A stretch of 64,000 bases of DNA. Source: Vicugna vicugna. Taxonomy: Eukaryota. A program made the translations under genes and the position numbers. The notes below the pieces were generated by a model. It saw only the letters and a list, made by a program, of their open reading frames with translations. It made no database searches and was not told where the DNA came from. This document shows positions 14,501 to 26,500 of this stretch, one piece after another (the stretch's first letter is position 1; each line of letters begins with the position of its first letter). The stretch is from assembly GCA_013265495.1 (NCBI GenBank), contig MU058781.1, positions 6,538,522-6,602,521 of the forward strand. Reading direction: 5' to 3'.

Positions 14501-17500
14501 GCTACTCTTAGCTGTCTTGCAGAGAATAAATTAAAATGTTCTATTAAAGTAATGAACAAAATTATTCCAAACAGCCATAAACGTACCTGGTTTCTCAGAC
14601 ATACAGGACACACATTTATTGTCTTCTGCATTATTAGAAACACAGCACACTGGACACTCCCAAGATCCCAGGGGCCTTTTGAATTTATCTGTAAATCCTA
14701 AGGCACCAGTGGTCACAGTGCAGCTGGAGGAGGAAGCAGCCACAGTTACAGCACTTTCTGAAGCCACTGGCAACGTAAGGACTCGCTTAACACCAGTTCC
14801 AGGTTTCGGTGTTTCACAAGCTACACATTTTATCGCTTCAGGCTTATTTTGGACTAAACAGGTATCACAATCCCAAGTTCCTGCTGCTGGTTTAAATTTG
14901 TCTCCGAAGCCTGTCCCTGGTGCAGAAAGAGTTGGTTTGCCACTTTTACTTGGTGTCCCAGTTCCAGTCTGTTTAGCAGGATCTCTTGGTGGCAATTTTG
15001 TCGCTTGACAGGCTACACATTTGTCGTCTGTAACTTTGTTCTGGAGTAGACAAGTATCACATTGCCACGATGACCCAGCTTTTAAACTTTCCCCAAACCC
15101 GATTCCACTAGAAGAAAAACTACTTATTGCTGGTCTTGTATAAACGATTGGGCTTGTGGTGGTTGGATCAGCAGCAGGAGACTCTGCCTTCGGCGACGTG
15201 AAGCCTACGACGGGGAGGCAGGGTGGAGGGGGAGACCCAGTTAATGTTTGCATTTTGACTAGAAAGCTTCTCTATTACATATTGTTAATAAATATTGATA
15301 TAGATATTAATAATTATGTAATAGCTGTTGATAATTAAATATCATTCCTGGGAGAAAACATTTTAACCTACTGTAGAGTCAGTACAACCCAGGATGGACT
15401 ACTTGGAGGAAGTATTTTTCACCTAAGCAGTATTTCTAGTACTGATCACATAATTAGTACGTGACAGATCTAGTTAAAATGCTACAAAAGATGTTTTGCT
15501 TCTAGTATATCATCTTCCCCTAGGGATTTGTTTGCTATAGTTCAACCACTACCTAATTTGAGATTTAATTTATACTACTTTACTAATACATACATCATCT
15601 ACGTTTTGCTATACTCCACCTTCTGCAACACCAAACTACAGTCATAGCTTCTCCCCCACCCCATCTGCCTCTTCTTTCAGATGTGCCCTTGGCTGTGCCA
15701 AAGTGATTTCCAATATCCAACATCTCTGAATTCTGTCCAGTCATAATTCTCAATTGTGGTAGCCTCTCTTTCAGTAAAAACCAACTGAACTGTGCAGGTA
15801 TGATTATTTGACAGATATCCCTCCAAAGTACAACATAGTGGTAAGGATCATTTTTAGTAATATTAAACTCATATAAAGCTTTAAACTGGCAATGGTTCGG
15901 TGACAAATATGATCACAAATTTCAACAGATATGTACTAAACCATCTGGTAAAAATCTAGAAAACAAAAATCATTAGGGCAGAGTCTATCCTAATGGAGCA
16001 CGAGCTCATGCTACCCAAAGAGATGCCACGCCAAGTCACTAAACACTAATTCAAACAAAATTGCCCCAAGTATCTCTCTAATAAAATCTCAGAACCTTTC
16101 ACATTAACCTTCCACGCCTCCTATTTGAGGACTTCTCTCCATCACCTTCAAATTACTACCCACTAGTATTCATACAATTGTTTCATTTCAAGTGAGGAGT
16201 ACCCCTTATGCATATATGTTAACCATCAGGATATGTTTTCTTTCAACTTGGCTTTGTTAAATATATACCACAACTGGGGAATCACGTGAAAAGAACAAGA
16301 CAGCTCAGTGCTCTCAAAGACAGGTGTATCACCAGGTTTACTTACTTTTTTCCATCCTGGCCTATCTCTATTAATAGGCAACTCACATTTTCTCCTTCTA
16401 TACCCTCCCCCTTGGAGATTTCATTTTAGTGTGAAGTTTCCTTCAATTCTAAAGAAATAAGGAGTGTTTCTAAGATCTTTAGCCTAAAAAAATTTATAGC
16501 TGACCACCTATATTCAAAAGTCAATCTCCTATCAAACTGGTCATAATTTTTTAAAAGCCTGAAGTACAACAAAGTGTAACAACTGACATTACGATAGATC
16601 ATGAGATTGTAACTAAGATTTTAGACTATCAAAGGCAGCCATTGTCTTACCAGGGCTCTTCAGAACATCCAGGACACTTCCTTCTTTCAGGGTCTTTGCA
16701 GGTGTAAAAGGGCCCTCACAATCTTCGTCCGGCTTCTTCTTACAGCTTGTACTGTTCATCGTAGTGATATCTTGAGCTGTAATTTGTTTAATTATAAATG
16801 ATACTATGCCAAGAAAAAGCAAGTTATATGTATTAAAAAGATATTTCAAAGACAATTTCTAATCAAATTCTAAAAACATCACCAAATAGGTCACTGTAAT
16901 TCAAAGATAATGAACAAATGACAAACTACAGTGTTAACTTGCCGTTACAAGGAAGTAAAAATATCATTTCCCATACTATAAATCTCTCTCTTCCAAAAGG
17001 GCAAATATATATACACACTATAATCGTTAGCCAATGAATTCACCAGTAATCAAGAAAATCAAACCAAAACGCTGGAGAGGATATACAACTGGGGCAAGAT
17101 CACTGCCTGAAACATGTATCTGATTACACTGCAATTTATAATATTGATCAAAAAAACCTTAAAAATTAATGTTCAACTAAGCCAGGTATTTCTAGAAATT
17201 CATCCTAAGATTGAAAAATCTTCCAGTTATTATACTGAAAACCTGGATGATAAACTCAATAAAAAGGGCTAGCTACATAAGTTACAGAACACTAACATAA
17301 TGGAATGCTATGCAGCCACAAAAATCATTCTTAGAATCATAGTTATGGAAAAGAGCCAAGTCAGAAAGTCCAGAAGATTCTGTTTACATCTAAGGAGTAA
17401 TGCTTTTACTTTGTATATTTCCCAAACTTGCTAAAACGAACATCTCCTTGTATTTAAAATAAGATCTATACTGTACGATAATCGTTTTGTGGTTACATTT

Positions 17501-20500
17501 TTAAGGGAGAATGTTTGTTTACAGATGAAATATGTTTAGAATTGTTTCAAAATAACCTGATAAATGTGTTTGTGTGTGTGAGAGGGGAAGGAGGGAGAGT
17601 GGGAGAGCGAATCAAGATGAGTCATAAAATGGTAAATGTTGAAGGTCGATAGGGAGTCCATGGGGATTCCATCTACTGTTCTACTTCTGAGAATGTTTGA
17701 AATTTTCCATAATAAAATATAAATAACCAGGTTTTTCTTAAGTGTTTGCCAATTTAAAAGTAGTAGGTATAGTAGTTCAAAAAAACCTACCTACCCCTAT
17801 TCCACACCATAAATAAAGATTAATTCAAAATGGATCAACAAACTAAAAACCATAAAACTCTTCGAAGAGGTATAGCTTCATGACCATGGGTTTGGCAATG
17901 AATTCTTAGATATGACACCAAAAGTACAAGTAAAAAAAAAAAAAAACCCGCCACAAACACAGAACTTCACCAAAATTAAAAACCTTTATGTATTTAAAGA
18001 CATATCAAGAAAATGGCAAGACAATCGACTAAATGAGAGAAAACATTTGCAAATCATGTATCTGATAAAGATCTAGTATCCAGACTATATTAAAACACAT
18101 TTCAGCAACAAAAAGACAAACCAATTTAAAAATCAGCAAGGAACTTGAAAAGACATTTCTCCCAAGATATGTAAATGGCCAAACAACACATGAAAAGATG
18201 CTAAACACCATTCATCTTTAGGGAAATGCAAATCAAAACCACAATGAAGCATTACTTCATACCCACTAGGATGGTTATCATCAAAAAATGAAAATAATAA
18301 GCATCGTGAGAATGTGGAGAAATGAGAATCCTGCTGGTGGAAATGTGAAATGAGACAGCTGCTGAGAAAACAGTTTTGAAGTTCCTCAAAAAGCTAAATA
18401 TAGAACTACCATTTGATCCATCAACTCCACTCCAAGGCATATACTCCAAAGCACTGAAGCCAGTATTCAAACAAATGCAAGTACATGCGTATTCGCAGCA
18501 GTACTATTAGCAATAGCCAAAAAGTGGAAACAACCAAAATGTACACTGATGACTAGATAAATACGGTATATCCATTCAGTGGAATACCATTCAGCCATAA
18601 AAGGTATGAAGTACTGATACATACTACAAAAGGGATGAACCCTGCGGACAAACAGTACATGAAAGAAGCCAGATACAAAAAGTCACACTGTCTGATTCCA
18701 GAATAAGTAAATACAAAGAAACAGAACACAGATTGGTGGCTGCCAGCAGTTGGGGGGAATTGGAAATGGGGAACAACTAGTTAATGTTACAGGTATCCTT
18801 TTGGGAGTGATAAAAATGTTTTGGAACTAGTTAGAGATAGTGGTTGCACAACATGATGAATGTACTAAATGCCACTGAATTGTTCTTTCTAAATGATTAA
18901 CTATGTCTATTTCACCTCATTAGTAAAAATGTGCAAAAAGTGAAACACCATACCTACCTCGTAGAACTGTGTCAAAACAGAACTATGCTTTTATCACTTT
19001 ATCACATTCTATCTTCCTTTATTATCAAAAGTGAACTGCTTTTAGTAATTTAAGGTAAATTTTAAGGATTCCCTGAAGTGTATTCAAAGAGATGGAAAAA
19101 TTAGCTCCTAACACAAGGGAATTAAATCATCACATCCACATTTTCAGTCAGCTTTTTAATGATGCCAGTGATGAAAATCAGATGTAGCAATGTAAGAACA
19201 GTTCTCACAATTCTATATGTGCCACTCAATAATAAACTCCTTAAAAATCTAGGTAATTTCCCCAGATGTAATGAAACATGAAAGTTGTTTTAACAAATTG
19301 TTACTCATTCAGTTACCATTAGTAAAGCATTAATAAAAATTGGGAAGGATTTTAATGCCTTTCCCTCATAACCAAGTATGAAAATGAAATTTGAACAGGT
19401 TTATTCTTCTTAAATTCACAGTAACAGTAAAGAAAAACATACATGTGATAAGAAGTACACCTGAAATGTGCTTATTACTTTCTTTTACACAGGGCTGTTT
19501 TATTCAATAAAAATAAGAATTGCAAACATAACAGACAAATTCTTATTTTGTGTCACTTTCATAATCTATGCTCTTATCTCTCAGATCACCCAAAGCCAAA
19601 GATCTCTGTAGCTTTTATGTCCTGGCTCTTAATTTTTTTTTTTAATCTATCTTTTGAGGGAGGATCTAGTTTTTAAAGATTCCAAAATTCAGAAGATGGT
19701 CAAAGAAACACTTCTGCAAAGGCAACAGCTCTTAGCTGATGTCTCAGCCTGTATAATACCCACTCCTCCCACCTGCACCTCCACTCAACATACTGCTGTT
19801 ACTCCAAGACACCATCTCACCCCAGATAAAAATCACCCAGTGTCTTCCTACCACATTTCAGATTAAAATCCAATTCTTCAGCAGAGCACTTAGGAATTTT
19901 TAAAATTTAAAGCTACCTCTCAATCTCATGACAAATTATTTGCAATTTTCAAAGTATGTCATGGTTTTCCTCCTGTTCTCTTGCATTTGCTGTTTATTTC
20001 TTGGGTAAAAATGCCCTTGCTCCGAGTTCTTGACTTGAGTCATTCAGCCCAGATGATTCTTTCTTTCCCAAATACCCAACACTTGAAAGAAACTCACCAC
20101 CATCACAACAAAATCCTATGATTTAATTGTCCGAATACATCTTTCTTTCCCCCAATTATGCCTATTTCTTCAGTTTAGGAATTATGTATCACTACCTGCA
20201 GGAGCCAGCTTAATGTTGACGCAATAAAATGCTTGTGAACTGAAGGGTAAACCTAGAGATGGACTCCACTGTAATTACACTGTAGACAACCCTTCATTTT
20301 CTTATTTCACTTAAGATAAACCGTCTCCTTATTCTGACTAAACAAAGACAGTGGATGAGTTTGCTGCTGTGACTACCCCTTTCACAACCAAAGTGTAATT
20401 TACATTTAGGGAGTTAATTTTATTCAAATGAAAGCATTTACAAGATCTGCTAAAGATGAAAGAATCTGAAATACTCTTCTAATGTAGTTCTATGTAAACA

Positions 20501-23500
20501 TTTGTGAGAGAATTTTACTTACCTGAACTACTTGTACTTGGTTCTGAAATACCACTAGAGCCAGAAAGCTCTGCTGTTTTTGCCACAGGCACACTAAATG
20601 TAAATCCAATCTGTAGAGAGAGACATGTCCTTTAGTAGGCCATTTAGTTTTAAACAATTATCAAATATAAAGCTCTTTTTAAATTCCAAGTCAAAAGATA
20701 CACTGAATTTCATATATTCTAAGGTTCACAGTTTTTCCTATTTTAAATCTCTAAAACTTTTCAGAGCCAATGGTGTCTCATAGTTTAACAACAGCATTTT
20801 AAATTTCTTAAGCATTTTTTTCCTTCAAAGCAGTACATAAAATAATAATGTGTCTCTAATGCCTGGTTCTGGGTTTCTAAACACCATTTCCTAATAAAAA
20901 ATATGAGACTTTATGGATTTCAGGCATGCAGCAGCGAGGATACAAAATGATTTGAAACATCTAGCTGTTACAGAAACAAGGACACAGTGAAAAACAGAAG
21001 GTAACATGTTAAAATGATACACATGCCAACTACGGGTAGGGCAACTTGAACATTAAACTTATATATTATTTTTACTCCAAATATTTATACTTAATTACAA
21101 AGAAACAAATACATATTGCAGGACACAAAAACTTCAAGCTTGTCTAAATTTAAGTCAATTCAAGAGACATGTTAACTAAATGCACTATGACTTAATTAGG
21201 TTCTAGTTGTAATTGGATCAAGGACCAAGTGACACAAAATAGCAATTAAATGACATTCTGGAGCTGATGGGTAAATCTGAATATGAACACTAAACTACTG
21301 TTATATCATGTTAAATCTATTGGGTATGATAATTGTATTGCAGGTGTGCAAAGGAATATCCTTTTTCTTAGAGGCTACATCGAAAAGTGGTAAGGGTACC
21401 AAAATGCCTGCACCTTAACTTTCAAATGGCACATAAGAAAATTTACACATGCATGTATGTGTCTATACATATGTGGTGGAAAATATATATGTGTTCATTC
21501 AAAGTTTTCTCTACATTGGAATTTTTTTTTCAGTTATAAAATGGTATTTCTTACTACCAATGGCACCTTGGATTTGATTTAAAAAAACAGTACGCCTTTG
21601 AAATCAACACATACAAAATATTCCTTGATTGCTACTTACAGATGATGGAGGTAGTACATCTGCCTCAGTAGATTTTACAATTGGAGATGAAAATCTAAAC
21701 AAGGGACTGCCAGTGCTGTTTGGAGAGGTCATTTGTACCTAGTTTTCCAAATTATTAAAGAAATAATACAAGAAGAGCTTTTTAGGAAAAGAAACTGACA
21801 ATAACACAGACCTTAAGCAAACTAATTATTCCAAAGAAGCCAAAAGCAATTTCACTCCTCTTAAATTTAAAAACCACTTTTTAATTTCTGAAAAGTAGTC
21901 AACAGTAACTGCTGTAAGAATTGGCTTCCTCTTTGAAGAGGAATGTATATGAGCTCAGAGGGAGATATTATCTAAAGGAGAAAAATAACATCTATAAGAA
22001 TAAATTCAGAAAAAGTAAAAGCCAAGAAGAAAGCATAAAAATTTCAGGAGCAGATTAAAAATGTTAATCTTACTTGAGAAATAAAAACGTAAATCCATTC
22101 CTACCAAAACAAAAACAAAAACAAAAACAAAAACACAAAACTAAAAACCCACTATTTGGAAAAACAAACTTACAATCATCTTTCTCTATAATGCATTCGT
22201 AAGAACTGAAGAATGCTCCCATTATAATGTATCCCACTATAATGTATATGTTTTTAAAAAGCAAAACGCCATTTCCATTTTTCTCCTTATTGAGTTGTTA
22301 GTGTCTGTATTGAAAATTAATCACTGCCTTACATAGAATATTAGATTTTTTTTTAATAAGGAAAAAACAAAAATCATCTCTACTTGTATAATTTTTTTTT
22401 ACCTTGTTTGTTAATGATTGTGAAGGACTAACCGGTGATGGAGAGGAAGTTGTGATCACAGAAGAACTAAAACTGAAGGTAGGCAGTGAAGAACTGGTGA
22501 TGGGCAGAGAGATTTTCGGTAATACTGGTACTTCCATTTCCTAAAACATAACATGTTTTATAATGATATTTCATCTTCCATGTCATTCTTTTTTTAAAAC
22601 AAATATTTATTTATTTATTTATTTATTGTATTATTTATTTCCTTTTGGCGGGGGAGGTAATTAGGTTTATTTTTAGAGGAGGTACTGAGGATTGAACCCA
22701 GGACCTTGTGCATGTTAAGCATGCCCTCTACCACTTGAGCTGTATACCCCCTCCACTTCCGTGTTATTTTTTTGTCTCTACTTATTTTCAGGTAGAACTA
22801 ATATAGTTACAGGTAAATTCAGAACAGGGATAAGGCAGCACTATGCAATGTTAACAATGTGGGCTCTTGAATAAAAAAATAAATAAAACTAAGCAAGATT
22901 TGAATCCAAGCTGTCCCACCAGCCAACCATGTGACATTGTGAACCTGGTTGTCCTTGGTACCAATTTCCTAACTGGTGAAATTGAGAAAAAAAAATAACA
23001 CACAAAAGTTGCGGTAGTAACATGAAACAAAGTCATTTTTGGTCTTGGCATGTACAACAAGCATTCAAGTACTCATCAGTACTTGTCAGTACAGATGAGC
23101 CTGGTTGCCTGTCTTGGTTTTTAACCCAATATAGCAAAGACCACCAACAGTCTCAAATGACCCAGATTACAACAGACAAAAAGAGTTCCACTTCTGCTTA
23201 TGGTGGAGTAGCTTGTATCGGACCAGTAACAATTATGAACTCTGGACAATATATTAAAAACCACCAACTGTATACACTGGAAAGCAACAAAAAGCAAGCA
23301 GATGCTGGCGGGAAGAAGACACTGAGAAGGCAAGTGCTTCTTCTGAGTGAGCTTCCTATTCTCTTTTGAGTTGGTGCCAGGTAGACAGTTGAAATTCAGA
23401 GAGAAAATTTGGTTGAGGATTCAAAGGACAGACCGAGGTGACCACCACAGTCATTGGAAAATAAGGGGAGATGCAGGAAAAGCCACAGAAGGGGAGCCCC

Positions 23501-26500
23501 AAGTCTGCAGACCTGTAAACTACATGGGTGTAAGGCAGACGCCAAGCAGCTAAGAAGATGGTAAGAGTCTGAGCTACGTTCAATGACAGCCAAAACAGTG
23601 AGTACCTCAGATGGATGCAGTTTATTATACCGAAGTCACACCTCAGTAAAGTCAACCTCCCCAATGCCAAAAAGGTAAAATAAAGACACTTTTAGATAAA
23701 ATAAAACTAAGAGAATCTGGTGCCACAGAACCTGCTCTACCAGCTCTTCATGGTGGAGGGAAATGATACCAAATGGAAACTCAGGCTTCTGGAAGAAGTG
23801 GAGAATATACGAGCAAACATAAAAAAACTTTCTTCCCCTTAATTTCTTTAAAATACATGTAACTAGATAAAGCAAAAATTATAGACTATCTAAATGTAAT
23901 AAAAATTATATGTAGCATAAAATATCAGGAAGAAGGGTAGTAAATCAAACTATAAAGTTGCAAGATTCTTAAATTTTACAGGAAATGGTACAACATTAAC
24001 AAAAAGTAGAATTTAAAAAGTTGAGGACATACATCATAATCCCAAGAGGACCACTAAGTAACAAGGCAGAGATATAAAGCCAACAAATAATTAAAATGGA
24101 ACTCTAATATTCAATTAACTCAAAAGAAGGCAGCTTTTGAGAGGAGCAAGAAACAAAAATCAAATAGGAAAAATAGAAGCCAACAGAAAAATGGTAGACC
24201 TTAATCCAATCATATCAGTAATCATATTAAATATAAGTAAACATTCCAATTAAAAGTCAGAAAATAGATAAAAGGGCAAGACTCAATTACATGCTATCTA
24301 TGAGAAACTTAGATTAAAAGTAAATGGATGGAGAAAAGATATAACTTGCAATTAGTAAGCATGAGAAGGCTTATTCTAGTAACAGAGTGGCTGGCTATAT
24401 TAATATCACATAAAGTAGATTTCAAGACAAATATTTCCAAAGTTTTTTTCAAAAGAACATTTAGTAATATTAAAAGGGGCAACTCATTGATAAGCCATAA
24501 TAGATAGAAGATGAGTGCACGAATGAGGGCCTCAAAATATGTAAGCAAAAACTGACATAATTAAAAGGGAAAAGACAAATCGACCAAATAAAACATGACA
24601 ATTTAAACTCACATGTCAACAAAAGACTAACCAAAAATTTTCAGCAAGAACAAAAAAGATCTAAGAAATACTATCAGTCATCTTACCTAACTGACATCTA
24701 TAGAATACTATACCCAACAGCTGCAGGGTATACATATGTGTCAAGATTCATTAAGCAGACCGTATGCTGGGCTACAAAAAAGTCTCTATATTTCAAAACA
24801 CTAAGATCATGATGAAAGACACTTCTAAATAATCCACGGACCACATACTAAATCAAAAAGGAAACTAGAAAAAAACATAAAAGCACTACTATAAATCTTC
24901 TAGAAGGAAATATGAGATTTTTCTTTGCAGCCTTGGGATAGGTTTCTTGGGACACAAAGAACAGTAAGTAAAAATAGGGGGAAAAATAGGTTAGTTCAGA
25001 CTTCATAAAATTTAGAACATCCCATCAAAAGATACTGTTAAGAAAATGAATTGGTAGGTCAGACTGGAGAAAATACTTAAGACACATATCTGACAAAGTA
25101 CTTGGGACTAGAATTTATAAAGAGCTCCTACAACTCAGTAATAGTAATCCAATTTTTAAAGGAACTGACCTCATAAAGGAAGATATTATGGCCAATAAAC
25201 ACACAGACAAGAACACATTATTAGGCAACAGAGAAATGCAAATTAAAATTACAGTGAGACACCATCATACACAAAGTATAATGGCTAAAATTAAAAAGAT
25301 GACAATCAACCACTGATAAGCATGTAGAGTTAAGAAAAGTTCATACACTGTTGGTGGGTCTGTAAAATGTTACAATCACTTTGGGAAAAACAGTCTGTCA
25401 CTTCCTTAAAAAGTTGAACACGTATCATATAACCTCATAACTCCACTTCTACATATTTACCCCCAAAGAAATAAACGTATGTCTATAAAAAGGTACAAGA
25501 ATGTTCACAGAAGTTTTATTCATAATAGCCAGGCACAAAGAATACACACTGAGTAACTGAATCGATAATGAAGTTTCAGAACCAACAAAATGATATACAT
25601 GATGAAACAAATGAGAGTATCTATTGCCCCGGGGGCAGGAGGCAGTGAGTGCTGATAGGGAAGGAGCAACTTTCTGGAGGGATGGCAATGTCTGACAGCC
25701 TGACAGAGGTTTGGATTACACAGGCGTAAACATTTCTTAAATTCATAAAATGGCACACCTAAGAATTTTACATTTCACTGTAAATTTTTGCTAAATTAAA
25801 ACACAACAAATATTTAACTCTAATTCATGCTATGTATGCTGAAGTATTTCTGAGTAAAGTGTTATTGATGCATTCAACTTACTTCGAAATGCACCCCCCC
25901 AAACAGTGAGATAGTTATTTACTTAATAAAGCAAATATCACAAAACATTAGAATCTAAGTGCTGGGTATATATGTGTTCACAGCACAATCCTTTCAACAT
26001 TTCTTTTGTTTGAAACTTGTCATAATCCAATTTGGGGGGAGAGGAAGCAAATAAAAGATGCATTTGGCTATTTCTACATGAAAGTTTCTTCCCATCTCCA
26101 GTTCTTGGCCTTTTCTTCCTTTTAGACCCTTACATACATTCGGGTCTAATATGTATTTGACACTTAGACACATTAGCCAAAAACCTGTACCTCATGCCAA
26201 CTTGTTAAGCCATATACTTGGCCAAATTGGTTCTTCAAGTTATTGACCTTGAACCAATTCTATATTGGATTCTTATTCACCAAAATTGACTTAGTTGATC
26301 AGAAGTGGGTCCCACAAATCTGGGAGAAAGGAAGTCAAGAATTCTTACTGGATACTTACAGATAGCACAAGCTGAACACATCATCAAATACGTGACTAAC
26401 TAATTCATTACCTTTGCAGTACCTGGTCATGAGTTAACTCACATAAAGTAGATACTACTATTGATGAGAAAACGAGACAGGGAGATACACAGTCTAATAT

